A DNA stretch of 51,736 bases from Bacilli bacterium (GCA_017432665.1 JAFRIS010000019.1:1-51736); one strand, 5' to 3'; positions 28,579-37,606 are shown, numbered from the stretch's first letter. Numbers and translations are program-made. Notes: generated by a model from the letters alone, not told the origin.

Positions 28579-28640
28579 TCTTACACCTCCTTTTGGACTA
28601 ATCGGCTATCACTGATAGCAAGGAGTATTTAAAATACTCG
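28579..28640 (-). promoter_or_regulatory. Structured rpsF 5' leader (two hairpins plus an anti-SD segment)
   Basis: Minus strand reads CGAGTATTTTAAATACTCCTTGCTATCAGTGATAGCCGATTAGTCCAAAAGGAGGTGTAAGAATG. It contains hairpin GAGTATT-TTA-AATACTC and palindrome GCTATCA-G-TGATAGC. CTCCTT is complementary to the SD AAGGAG. Confidence 0.55.
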
Positions 28641-28645
28641 TATGT

Positions 28646-28674
28646 ATTATAACAAATTAATTATTAAATGTCTA
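28646..28674 (-). promoter_or_regulatory. Sigma-A-type promoter of rpsF-ssb-rpsR
   Basis: Minus strand reads TAGACA, a 17-nt spacer, then TATAAT, with an extended -10 (TGTTATAAT). Confidence 0.75.
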
Positions 28675-28692
28675 GTTTTATAAAGTGTTTAA

Positions 28693-28701
28693 TGTTATAA
28701 T
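28693..28701 (+). promoter_or_regulatory. Extended -10 (TGTTATAAT) for the divergent zinc-ribbon gene
   Basis: Exact TGTTATAAT on the plus strand, 39 nt from the rpsF extended -10 on the other strand. An AAGGTGA SD follows. Confidence 0.6.
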
Positions 28702-28719
28702 TTCTTTAAGGTGATTATA

Positions 28720-29445
28720 ATGAAATTAATAGAAAAGAAATGTCCTAATTGTGGAGGGAGTTTAGAATTTAGTGAAACAGCTAAATCTTGCAAATGTGAA
28801 TATTGTCATAGAGCATTCGAAATTGAAAGGGATGAAAAAGTAGATGTTAGCGATTTAGCTGAACAATTCAATCTAAGTGAATTAAAAGCTCCTTTAAAAG
28901 CTGTTTCAACAATGTTCATTGGTAGTCGTATCGTTTTCGCTATAATTTTTATTTTTGTTATAGCTATGTTTATTTTCATAGGTAGTCAAATTTATACTGA
29001 TGTTAATGGTGGATCTTATTATTCTGATGTAGAGCAATTTGACAATGATGATTATGGAGATTTTGATCATAAGGCCTATATGACTATTAGTGAAAACGAT
29101 GATAATCTAAATGATTTTAGTTTAGAGTTAAACGTAAAAAGACAAAAAGTATATCTCATATATGATAAAAAAGGTAAAACCAATACAATTTATGTAGTTT
29201 ATAAAGCTGGATATAAAAAGAATTTTGATAAGAATAGAACTTTTATATATGTACCTATAAAGTATGAAAAATTGAAAAGAGGAACTTCTCTAGTATTTCA
29301 ATTAGATAATGGAAAAGTAGAAGCTCCAGAATATTATCTTACTGAAGATAAATCTGAATTTACTTATGGATACAATGATATTGAAACTTTTGAAAATGAA
29401 GTAATAAAACCTTTAGAGAAAAAGTATCAAGTAACAAAGAAATAA
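28720..29445 (+). CDS. Zinc-ribbon membrane protein of unknown function
   Basis: N-terminal CPNCGG...CKCEYC ribbon, one TM helix (IVFAIIFIFVIAMFIFIG) and an extracytoplasmic domain of about 150 aa. The start is set at ATG 28720. Confidence 0.6.
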   Translation: MKLIEKKCPNCGGSLEFSETAKSCKCEYCHRAFEIERDEKVDVSDLAEQFNLSELKAPLKAVSTMFIGSRIVFAIIFIFVIAMFIFIGSQIYTDVNGGSYYSDVEQFDNDDYGDFDHKAYMTISENDDNLNDFSLELNVKRQKVYLIYDKKGKTNTIYVVYKAGYKKNFDKNRTFIYVPIKYEKLKRGTSLVFQLDNGKVEAPEYYLTEDKSEFTYGYNDIETFENEVIKPLEKKYQVTKK

Positions 29446-29466
29446 AAAAAGAGCATTGCTCTTTTT
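29446..29466. terminator. Bidirectional terminator between convergent genes
   Basis: AAAAAGAG-CATTG-CTCTTTTT. Confidence 0.7.
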
Positions 29467-30236
29467 CATTTGTAATAAAAACCAACTAAGTTTTGTCCAC
29501 CATCTTTTTGAGTCCCTTTTACTTCTTCCGCATGAGAATAATAATTAGGATCTTTAGCAGTATCTATTGGTGAAATTTCTATATGAGTTATACCTATATC
29601 TTTTAATTGCTTTTCTATTGCTCCTACTAAGTCTATATGGTAATCGCTATTTTCTTTCATAATAAAACCTTCCCATACTTCTTTAGATTTGGCCCATTTT
29701 GGATAACAGTCATAGACATATGATTCTTTTTTTATACTGCTTCCTACATAGACATAAATATCATCAATGCTACTATTACAGCAATCTATTAAAGCTCTAA
29801 TAGTATCTTGCGGTAATTTTCTATCAATATATAGTGCTCCACAATGAGCTAAAGCTGTATATCCTTTTTTTCTATCTTCACATATAAGTATTGGACAATC
29901 TGCACATGGATTTGCCACTATTATTCCAGGATATTTTTCAGAAATAATTAAAATATCTGCAGGTAAATCTTCATAAAAATAATCTTCTTTTGTCATATGA
30001 GAATCGTCTAACAAAATGTATTTGCCATCAGGATAATCTACTTTACTCAAACCTTTTTGCCTAGATCTAAGTATATGATTACCATCTACCCCCAATTTTT
30101 TACCTAAAATCAATCTTTCTTGATGAAATCTTTCGTATCTTTCTGATTCACTTACTCCTTTGGGATAGAACTTAGGATTCTTAGACATTTTGCCATCTAA
30201 TTTATTACTTTCAAATATTACTATCTTGCTTTCCAT
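29466..30236 (-). CDS. DUF152/YfiH (PgeF, laccase-domain) family protein
   Basis: ANPCADCPILICEDRKKGYTALAHCGALY matches the ADC.P...aH.G core of the family. The start is set at ATG 30236, just after the ychF stop. Confidence 0.6.
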   Translation of the reverse strand: MESKIVIFESNKLDGKMSKNPKFYPKGVSESERYERFHQERLILGKKLGVDGNHILRSRQKGLSKVDYPDGKYILLDDSHMTKEDYFYEDLPADILIISEKYPGIIVANPCADCPILICEDRKKGYTALAHCGALYIDRKLPQDTIRALIDCCNSSIDDIYVYVGSSIKKESYVYDCYPKWAKSKEVWEGFIMKENSDYHIDLVGAIEKQLKDIGITHIEISPIDTAKDPNYYSHAEEVKGTQKDGGQNLVGFYYK

Positions 30237-30237
30237 A

Positions 30238-31338
30238 TTAAACATTAAATCTAAAGTGACAGATATCTCCATCTTGCATTAAATAGTCTTTTCCTTCTAC
30301 TCTAGCCTTTCCTGCTTCTCTTACTTTTAATTCACTGCCAAACTTAATTAAATCCTCATAAGAAATTACTTCAGCGCGAATAAATCCTTTTTCAAAATCA
30401 GTATGAATAATACCTGCACATTCCTTGGCATTCATTCCTTTTTTGAATGTCCAAGCTCTTACTTCATCTTTTCCTACAGTAAAGTAAGTAGCAAGTCCTA
30501 AAATATCATAAGTAGCCTTTATTAATTTATCTAAACCACTACCATCTAAACCCAATCCTTCAAGCATTTCCTGTTTGTCTTCTGGATCTAATTCACTTAA
30601 TTCTTCTTCTACTTTAGCACATAAACTAACTACTCTAGCATTTTCACGAGAAGCGTATTCTTTTACTTTTAAAACATATTCATTATCAGGGTTATCTAAT
30701 TCCTCTTCTTTAATGTTTGCTAGATAGATAATTGGTTTTAAAGTTAAAAAGCTATATGATTTAATAATCTTTTTCTCTTCATCAGATAAATCTAATTGAC
30801 GAAGTGGTTTTTCTTCTTCAAGGGCTTTCTTACACTTTTCTAATACTTCTGTCTCTAAAATATCATCTTTATCTTTGGTAGTTCTAGCCTTTTTAGCAAC
30901 TCTCTCTAATCTACTATTAATAATATCTAAATCTGCGATTGCTAATTCAAGATTAATTGTTTCTATGTCCCTAATTGGATCTATTCCACCTTCTACATGA
31001 ATAATTTTTCCATCATCAAAACATCTTACAACTTCAACAATCGCATCTGTTTCTCTAATATGAGCTAAAAACTTATTACCTAAACCTTCTCCTTTAGATG
31101 CACCTTTTACTAATCCTGCAATATCTGTAAATTCATAAGCAGTTGGGATAAATCTTTCTGGATCATACATTTCTTTTAATTTATCCATTCTTTCATCTGG
31201 TACTGTTACTACTCCTACATTAGGTTCTATCGTTGCGAAAGGATAGTTTTCTGCCAATATCTTCTGATTAGTAATTGCATTAAATAATGTAGACTTTCCT
31301 ACGTTTGGTAAACCTACAATTCCTGCTGTTAAACTCAT
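30238..31338 (-). CDS. ychF: Ribosome-binding ATPase YchF
   Basis: MSLTAGIVGLPNVGKSTLFNAIT and a C-terminal TGS domain YLMQDGDICHFRFNV. The start is set at ATG 31338, and the track's 23-aa extension is rejected. Confidence 0.95.
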   Translation of the reverse strand: MSLTAGIVGLPNVGKSTLFNAITNQKILAENYPFATIEPNVGVVTVPDERMDKLKEMYDPERFIPTAYEFTDIAGLVKGASKGEGLGNKFLAHIRETDAIVEVVRCFDDGKIIHVEGGIDPIRDIETINLELAIADLDIINSRLERVAKKARTTKDKDDILETEVLEKCKKALEEEKPLRQLDLSDEEKKIIKSYSFLTLKPIIYLANIKEEELDNPDNEYVLKVKEYASRENARVVSLCAKVEEELSELDPEDKQEMLEGLGLDGSGLDKLIKATYDILGLATYFTVGKDEVRAWTFKKGMNAKECAGIIHTDFEKGFIRAEVISYEDLIKFGSELKVREAGKARVEGKDYLMQDGDICHFRFNV

Positions 31339-31360
31339 AGTATCCCTCTTTTCTTCACTT

Positions 31361-31369
31361 ATTATAACA
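31361..31369 (-). promoter_or_regulatory. Extended -10 (TGTTATAAT) for ychF
   Basis: Exact TGTTATAAT on the minus strand between the upstream terminator and the GAGGGA SD. Confidence 0.6.
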
Positions 31370-31373
31370 CAAA

Positions 31374-31395
31374 GAAAAAAATACCTAAAGGTATT
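31374..31395 (-). terminator. Intrinsic terminator of the VirD4-like gene
   Basis: Minus strand reads AATACC-TTTA-GGTATT then TTTTTTC, starting at the stop codon. Confidence 0.65.
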
Positions 31396-32749
31396 ATTTT
31401 TCTTCATATATTTTAATTATATTAGTTTCTCTTACAGGAATTGTTGCCTTTTTTGCTTCATAGCCCCAATCTATTTCATAATCTGGTAACAGTTTAGTTT
31501 TAAAAGGCATCATTCTTGGTAGTAAGATAATTGCCGAAAAAATACTAAGTGTTTTTAATTCAGAAACTGAAATTAACGGTTCTTCTTTGTTGTTTACTAT
31601 ATGTGTTCCACAATTTTTAGATATTTCTTCTAATGTATAGATATCATTTGATAACAAATAAATAGTATTTCCAAAGCACATCTTTAATATTTCTACATCT
31701 TCTTTGGAATACATATTTGCTAGGTGTACAAAGCTTTGAATAGCAACTGTAACTCTGATATTTATCGATCTACAGTATCCTAATTTTAGAGCAAAGTCTT
31801 TAATAGGTATCAAAGAATCGAATTCATCTAATAATAAGTTTAATCTCTTTTCTTTATTACCATATAAAGATACTGCATCTATTACTTGATTAGCAAATAA
31901 AGGTATTAAATTACGGCAAAAACTACTAACACCAGTCACAATAAAGATAGCTGTCTTATCATTACTTATTGTAGACATTTCAAAATCACTAGTTGAAAGC
32001 ATATTAGCTAAGTTTTCTTTAGATAAATATCTCTCAATTTTTTGATTAAATACTGAAATGATACTTCCTCTAGTTTCAGGTGGAGCTTGCAATGTTCCTG
32101 CTAATTTCATGAACATTACAGGATCTTTTTCTACTTTCTTTAAGAATTGTTCACTAGAAGTTTTATCCAATAATGCATTAGCTAGTTTTGCAACGCTATT
32201 TAAATTAATTTCCTCTTCTTTAGCAGTTTTAAATAAATATAATACTATTCCAGTAAAATAATTTATTGATGAATTAACCCAAAAAGGATCTGCTTCACTC
32301 TTTTGTGCTTCTGCAAGTAAATAATATCCTAAGTCTTCAATTAACTCTATTGCTTTATCAGGATTTCCTTCTTTATATTGTTTGTGAGCTAAAGTTAGAG
32401 GATTCCAATTATTTCCTTTACGTGAATCTTCAAAATCAATTACGATATTTTTATAACCTTCATCTTCTAATTTTTGAGCTGTTTTTTCATAAATTTCACC
32501 TTTAGGATCATTTATTACTATTGATTCTCCTGCCATCATAGCTAACTTTAAGATTGGCAAAATGACAGCTTGTGTCTTTCCACTACCTGTACTACCTATC
32601 AACAAATTGTGTGCCTCATAAGTATCTATGTATAAATACTTATCATCATACATTACAGGTAATCCAGATTTTTCTACTCCTGTTTCTAGATTTACCGCTA
32701 CTGTTTTTTTCTGAATATGTTCTCTAGTTGCCCATTCAGAATAACTCAT
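31394..32749 (-). CDS. TM-less VirD4/TraG-family (type IV coupling protein-like) ATPase
   Basis: Walker A LIGSTGSGKTQAVILP, Walker B RLNLLLDEFDSL, and DPFWVNSSINYFTG. The hydrophilic N-terminus MSYSEWATREHIQKK has no TM helices. The start is set at ATG 32749 behind GGAGGGAAG. Confidence 0.7.
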   Translation of the reverse strand: MSYSEWATREHIQKKTVAVNLETGVEKSGLPVMYDDKYLYIDTYEAHNLLIGSTGSGKTQAVILPILKLAMMAGESIVINDPKGEIYEKTAQKLEDEGYKNIVIDFEDSRKGNNWNPLTLAHKQYKEGNPDKAIELIEDLGYYLLAEAQKSEADPFWVNSSINYFTGIVLYLFKTAKEEEINLNSVAKLANALLDKTSSEQFLKKVEKDPVMFMKLAGTLQAPPETRGSIISVFNQKIERYLSKENLANMLSTSDFEMSTISNDKTAIFIVTGVSSFCRNLIPLFANQVIDAVSLYGNKEKRLNLLLDEFDSLIPIKDFALKLGYCRSINIRVTVAIQSFVHLANMYSKEDVEILKMCFGNTIYLLSNDIYTLEEISKNCGTHIVNNKEEPLISVSELKTLSIFSAIILLPRMMPFKTKLLPDYEIDWGYEAKKATIPVRETNIIKIYEEK

Positions 32750-32818
32750 ACTCTTCCCTCCTTCTGACATTATTAAATCACAAAAAATTACATACTATTT
32801 AAACAATAACGACTTTTG

Positions 32819-32827
32819 TGTTATAAT
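32819..32827 (+). promoter_or_regulatory. Extended -10 (TGTTATAAT) for the AraC-type gene
   Basis: Exact TGTTATAAT on the plus strand. The GGTGA SD is at 32834-32838 and the ATG at 32843. Confidence 0.6.
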
Positions 32828-32842
32828 TGACTTGGTGATATT

Positions 32843-33310
32843 ATGTTTTCTAATGATCTCATAATAAAAATTATTAATTATCTTGATAATAACTTATATA
32901 AAAAAGTCTCTATTGATGAATTAACTAGAATCTTTCACTATAATAAAGATTATATTATGAGACTATTTAAGCGGGAAATTGGTTTTACTATTGTTCAATA
33001 TGTTAATAATAAGAGAATCTATAATTCTCTACCAGCTTTTAATAGTAAAGATTTATCTATTTTAAATATTTCAATTAATTATGGGTTTTATTCTCAAGAA
33101 TACTATTGTGAAATTTTTCATAAAGTTATTGGAGTCCCTCCTTCTACTTATTACAAATTCATTAATCTAAATCATGATATTTCCGAGAAAGACATTTCTT
33201 TAATTCAGTTTAATGTTGCTTTATTAGAGTACAAATTCCGTAGAATTAATGAATATCTTAATAATATTCCCCCTAAAAGTACTATTAAAGTATTATCAGT
33301 ATTCAAATAA
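32843..33310 (+). CDS. AraC/XylS-type HTH regulator, DNA-binding domain only
   Basis: 155 aa containing VSIDELTRIFHYNKDYIMRLFKREIGFTIVQYVNNKRI...GFYSQEYYCEIFHKVIGVPPSTY (two HTH units). There is no ligand-binding domain. Confidence 0.8.
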   Translation: MFSNDLIIKIINYLDNNLYKKVSIDELTRIFHYNKDYIMRLFKREIGFTIVQYVNNKRIYNSLPAFNSKDLSILNISINYGFYSQEYYCEIFHKVIGVPPSTYYKFINLNHDISEKDISLIQFNVALLEYKFRRINEYLNNIPPKSTIKVLSVFK

Positions 33311-33333
33311 AAAACACCCTTTGGTGTTTTTAT
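33309..33333. terminator. Bidirectional terminator between convergent AraC-type and abgT genes
   Basis: AAAACACC-CTTT-GGTGTTTT then TAT. Confidence 0.75.
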
Positions 33334-34925
33334 ATTGTTGGAGATACTCCTGGTCCTATAGGTAATCCTATAATATACCAACCTATTACAATAAGTATCC
33401 AAGTAATTGAAATTACTATAAAATATGGAGTAATCATTCCTAATGATCTTTTTATTGTATAAGGCTTATCTTTATGTAAATTATAAATATTTAAATAACC
33501 AATATAAATTACAAATGATGCCAATAAAGGGGTAAATCCTTTAGTCATAGAATCTCCAGCTCTTAATACTATTTGAGCAAATTGAGGAGAAATATTTGAT
33601 TGCATAAACATCGGAACCATTATCGGTGAAAATATCATCCATTTACTAGCCGGAGATGTTAGTAAAAAGTTTGCTAATGCTATTAATATTAACGATATTA
33701 ATACTAATGGAATCCCACTTAATGTCATATGCTCTAACAAACTAGCTAACCAAGCAGCTACTATCATACCAATATTACTCTTTCTAAAGATAGCAATAAA
33801 CTGAGCAACTACGAATATTAAGATAAACATACTACCCAAATTAGAAAATTTCTTACTAGCATTTTCAATTATTTCTTTATCATTTTTTACTGTTTTGCTA
33901 CCAAAACCATAAGCAATTCCTGCCAAAATAAATACTAATGATACTAAATATGTGAAACCATCTTGAAAATATGAGTTTTCTCCAAATAATTGATTTACAT
34001 ATGTTTGTTCATTCATATCTAACAACATTCCAGAGAATGGTAAATTAGGTATTAATGAATAGATAAATACTATTAAAACTATTATTGAAACTATTAAAGC
34101 TGATCTCAAACCTTTCTTTTCGTACTTATCTTTTTCTATCATTCTTTGCTCTTCTTCTTCAATGTTGATAACTTTATATGTTTCTGTTTTAGCAAATTCT
34201 TCATCTTTCTTATATTTTCCTATTTTAGGAGCAACTACCTTCTCTATTACAATAGTCCCTACAATAGATAGAATTATAGTAACAACCATAATAAATATTA
34301 AATTTGAAGTTAATGCTATATGGGTAGTTTCATCAATTAAAATTGCTGCATCTCTTGTATAACTCATTAAGGATACTTCCATAGATCCTACAAAGATTGA
34401 TACCCCATAACCAAAAGCTACTCCACAGAAAGCAGTAACTATTCCTAAAATTGGATTTCTATTATTTATGAAGTATATTAATGCCATTAATGGTATCAAT
34501 ATTGCATATCCTACTTCATTAATTAGTGATGAACAAATCGCAACAAAAATTACTAAAAAAGTCATTGTAGTCTTAGGAATTTTACTTAAATGCCTTCTAG
34601 TAAAAGTTTCAATAAAACCTGTTCCTTCTGCTACTGTTATCCCTATCAATGACAGTAATAACATTCCTAATGGTCCAAAGCTAAGGAAATTCTTCGCAGC
34701 ATTACTAATAATAAATTTTATTCCATCAAATGAAAGCATATTTTCAACAGTAATTAGCGTTGGTTCAAGTTCTTTTGTATTTACATTTACAATATTATAA
34801 GTAGCTTGTACTTCTAATAAAGATAATAGTCCACTTAATAATACAATAAACAAGGTTAATACTAAGAACATTGTAATTGGATGAAAATAAAACTTCTTTA
34901 ATTTTAATTTCTTTCTATCTTTCAT
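33330..34925 (-). CDS. AbgT family transporter (p-aminobenzoyl-glutamate/YdaH-like)
   Basis: 531-aa polytopic protein whose N-terminus KLKLKKFYFHPITMFLVLTLFIVLLSG is typical of AbgT. Confidence 0.8.
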   Translation of the reverse strand: MKDRKKLKLKKFYFHPITMFLVLTLFIVLLSGLLSLLEVQATYNIVNVNTKELEPTLITVENMLSFDGIKFIISNAAKNFLSFGPLGMLLLSLIGITVAEGTGFIETFTRRHLSKIPKTTMTFLVIFVAICSSLINEVGYAILIPLMALIYFINNRNPILGIVTAFCGVAFGYGVSIFVGSMEVSLMSYTRDAAILIDETTHIALTSNLIFIMVVTIILSIVGTIVIEKVVAPKIGKYKKDEEFAKTETYKVINIEEEEQRMIEKDKYEKKGLRSALIVSIIVLIVFIYSLIPNLPFSGMLLDMNEQTYVNQLFGENSYFQDGFTYLVSLVFILAGIAYGFGSKTVKNDKEIIENASKKFSNLGSMFILIFVVAQFIAIFRKSNIGMIVAAWLASLLEHMTLSGIPLVLISLILIALANFLLTSPASKWMIFSPIMVPMFMQSNISPQFAQIVLRAGDSMTKGFTPLLASFVIYIGYLNIYNLHKDKPYTIKRSLGMITPYFIVISITWILIVIGWYIIGLPIGPGVSPTI

Positions 34926-34936
34926 AAAAACCCTTT

Positions 34937-35122
34937 CTAATCAAGTATCTTTTTGATTTTTTTATTAAAATCTACTCTTGGGATAAGAACAGTTCTATTA
35001 CAATTAAGACATTTTATTTTAATATCTGCCCCTACTCTTACTATTTCCCATTCGTTTGTTCCACAAGGATGTTGCTTTTTCATAACAACTTTACTTCCTA
35101 CATCATAATTCTTATTTTCCAT
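34937..35122 (-). CDS. DUF951 small zinc-ribbon-like protein
   Basis: KKQHPCGTNEWEIVRVGADIKIKCLNCNRTVLIPR. Confidence 0.75.
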   Translation of the reverse strand: MENKNYDVGSKVVMKKQHPCGTNEWEIVRVGADIKIKCLNCNRTVLIPRVDFNKKIKKILD

Positions 35123-35921
35123 TGTGCACCTCTATTTGTTGATATGGTATTTTTACTTTGGATTCATCTAAACCTTTCTTAAGTTCTTTTCTTAAATATC
35201 TTTGAACAGCAAATTGTTGCATTGGTTCTGTTTCAACTACAATTCTATATACAACTGCTGATCCTGATAGTTCATTAACTCCCCATAATTCTAAATCTCC
35301 TGTTGCATGAGGTATTTTTCCGTTTAAGTCTTTGAATATTTTATCAAAAGCTTTTTCAATCAACTCTTCTTCACATTCATAAGCTATTGAAACATCTACA
35401 ACCGCTAAAGAATTGTGTTCACTATAATTAATAATATTATCCATATAATGATTAGCAATTATCTTAGTAGCTCCTTTAAAATCTCTAATTCTAGTTGTTC
35501 TTAATCCTATAAACACTACTTCTCCCATAAAGCCATCAACTTCAATAGTATCACCTATCTCATATTCTCCTTCAGCGATAATTGAAAATCCAGCAATAAG
35601 ATCAGTGGCCAAATCTTTAAAAGCTAATCCAATTACAGCTGTTCCAATACCTAATCCAGCTAAAATTGATTTAACATTAACACCAAACACTGACAAAATT
35701 GCTAAAATTACTAAGATAATTATTATATATTTAATTATATTAACTATTAAAATTGTCAAAGTATTAATTCTTTGTTTTTGTGTACCTCTTAAATTCTTTT
35801 TATCTAATAATTTTTTAATTACTTTTTTTAATATTTTAAAAGCAACTACTCCAATAATTATATAAATAAGAGGAACTATAATTAACTTTAATTTTATTTC
35901 TAAACCTAAAATTTTAATCAT
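35112..35921 (-). CDS. Small-conductance mechanosensitive channel (MscS family)
   Basis: Three TM helices, then GDTIEVDGFMGEVVFIGLRTTRIRDFKGATKIIAN. Confidence 0.85.
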   Translation of the reverse strand: MIKILGLEIKLKLIIVPLIYIIIGVVAFKILKKVIKKLLDKKNLRGTQKQRINTLTILIVNIIKYIIIILVILAILSVFGVNVKSILAGLGIGTAVIGLAFKDLATDLIAGFSIIAEGEYEIGDTIEVDGFMGEVVFIGLRTTRIRDFKGATKIIANHYMDNIINYSEHNSLAVVDVSIAYECEEELIEKAFDKIFKDLNGKIPHATGDLELWGVNELSGSAVVYRIVVETEPMQQFAVQRYLRKELKKGLDESKVKIPYQQIEVHNGK

Positions 35922-35922
35922 A

Positions 35923-36840
35923 TTATTTAACCTCGATATTCATATATTCTAACAATCTATTTAAATCATTATCATTTACAAAACTAATCTCAATCTTATT
36001 CTTTTTAACCACTACTTTCGTTCCTAATTTTTCACTTAATTCAGATTGTAAATAAACATATTGTGGATTTTTCTCTTCTCTTTTTCTTTGAGGATTAGTT
36101 TTAATAATTGTTGGTTCCATAGTTAGTTTTTCTAATTCTCTAACACTGATGCCATCATTTACTATCTTCTTAGCTAGTTCTTGTTGTTGATTTTCATCTT
36201 GTAATTTACTTAATACTCTAGCGTGTCCCATAGAAATTTCTTTATTGTTTATCTTCTCTTGAATGTTTTGAGGTAATGATAATAAACCTAACATATTAGT
36301 TATATGACTTCTACTCTTGCCTAGTCTTTTTGCTAGTTCTTCTTGAGTTAAAATTAAAGTCTCTTGTAATTTTTTATAAGCGTTTGCTTCTTCAATAGCT
36401 GATAAGTTTTCTCTTTGAAGGTTTTCAAGCAATGCTATTTCCATCATTTGTTGATCAGTAAAATCTTTAACGATAGCAGGTATTTCAGTTAATCCCACCA
36501 TACGGGATGCTTTTACTCTTCTTTCACCAGCTATTATTTCATATCCTTTTATAGATTTTTTAGCTATTATTGGTTGAATTACTCCATGTTCTTTAATAGA
36601 ATCAGCTAATTCTTGTAAAGCTACTTCATCAAAATTTTTTCTTGGCTGATATGGATTACTTCTTAATTCGTCTAACTTTAGCATAACTACTTCTTCTTTT
36701 GGAGTTTCGTTAACAATTTGTTCTTCAACTGTATTATAGTCAATTACATCATTACTAAATAGTTCTTCTAATCCTTTTCCTAAGGCTCTTCTCTTAGGAA
36801 TTCCACTTTCACTAATATTGTTTGTTTCCATTTCTCTCAA
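35923..36840 (-). CDS. spo0J: Chromosome partitioning protein ParB/Spo0J
   Basis: RSNPYQPRKNFDE and IIAGERRVKASR, with the Spo0J-type C-terminus KIEISFVNDNDLNRLLEYM. The start is uncertain: TTG at 36840 or ATG at 36831. Confidence 0.9.
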   Translation of the reverse strand: MREMETNNISESGIPKRRALGKGLEELFSNDVIDYNTVEEQIVNETPKEEVVMLKLDELRSNPYQPRKNFDEVALQELADSIKEHGVIQPIIAKKSIKGYEIIAGERRVKASRMVGLTEIPAIVKDFTDQQMMEIALLENLQRENLSAIEEANAYKKLQETLILTQEELAKRLGKSRSHITNMLGLLSLPQNIQEKINNKEISMGHARVLSKLQDENQQQELAKKIVNDGISVRELEKLTMEPTIIKTNPQRKREEKNPQYVYLQSELSEKLGTKVVVKKNKIEISFVNDNDLNRLLEYMNIEVK

Positions 36841-37606
36841 TCACTTCCTTTGCTAAATTAAGATATGCCTCTGCTCCTCTACTTTTTGGTTCATATGTTA
36901 TTATTGGTTCTCCATGCGATGGAGCTTCTGTTAATTTTACTAATCTTGGAATTATTGTATTATATACTTTTTCTTTAAAGAAACTTCTAATATCTTCAAC
37001 TACTTCAAATCCTAAGTTAGTTCTAGAATCTAGCATTGTTAGTAATACTCCTTCAATATCTAGACTAGGATTTAAAGTCTTTTGTGCTAACATAATTGTT
37101 TTTAATAATTGGGTTATTCCTTCTAGTGCAAAAAATTCACATTGAACAGGAATTATAACTGAATTAGAAGCTGTTAAAGCATTAGTTGTAATAACATCAA
37201 GTGCTGGTGGACAATCAAGAATAATGTAATCAAAATCATCTCTAACTGTAGCAAGACAATTCTTTAGTTGTTCACCTTTTTTATACCCTGCTTGAGTTCT
37301 ACTCTTTTCTAGTAATTCAGCATTTAATCCAGCTAGATTTATTGTTGATGGTATAACAAAAAATCTATCATATTTTGTTTTTACAATAGCATCTTTAATA
37401 TTACATTCACCAGTTAATACTTCATAAATACTTTTATTAATGTCTCCTTTGTTAATCCCAACACCTGTAGTTGTATTACCTTGAGGATCTAAATCAATTA
37501 AAAGTACTTTCTTCCCTAATACAGCTAGTGAAGCAGAAAGATTAATACTTGTTGTTGTTTTTCCAACCCCACCTTTTTGATTTACTAAAGATATAACCTT
37601 ACCCAT
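36812..37606 (-). CDS. soj: Chromosome partitioning ATPase ParA/Soj
   Basis: Deviant Walker A NQKGGVGKTTTSINLSA. Confidence 0.93.
   Translation of the reverse strand: MGKVISLVNQKGGVGKTTTSINLSASLAVLGKKVLLIDLDPQGNTTTGVGINKGDINKSIYEVLTGECNIKDAIVKTKYDRFFVIPSTINLAGLNAELLEKSRTQAGYKKGEQLKNCLATVRDDFDYIILDCPPALDVITTNALTASNSVIIPVQCEFFALEGITQLLKTIMLAQKTLNPSLDIEGVLLTMLDSRTNLGFEVVEDIRSFFKEKVYNTIIPRLVKLTEAPSHGEPIITYEPKSRGAEAYLNLAKEVIERNGNKQY

Noticed and set aside
28605-28619. The exact tetO-core match as evidence of an engineered or synthetic construct.
   Set aside because: There is no TetR, resistance marker, vector backbone or cloning scar. The context is a natural rpsF leader, and the palindrome is better explained as an RNA stem or a native operator.
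30238-31407. N-terminal extensions in the ORF track, for example ychF +23 aa, noc +23 aa, mnmG +10 aa, dnaA +6 aa, comK +5 aa, fba +15 aa, mreB +13 aa and the 552-aa version of the hypothetical gene.
   Set aside because: The extensions start at TTG, GTG or upstream ATG codons without an SD. They overlap upstream terminators or promoters and are absent from the conserved family N-termini. An internal ATG or GTG with a good SD exists in each case.
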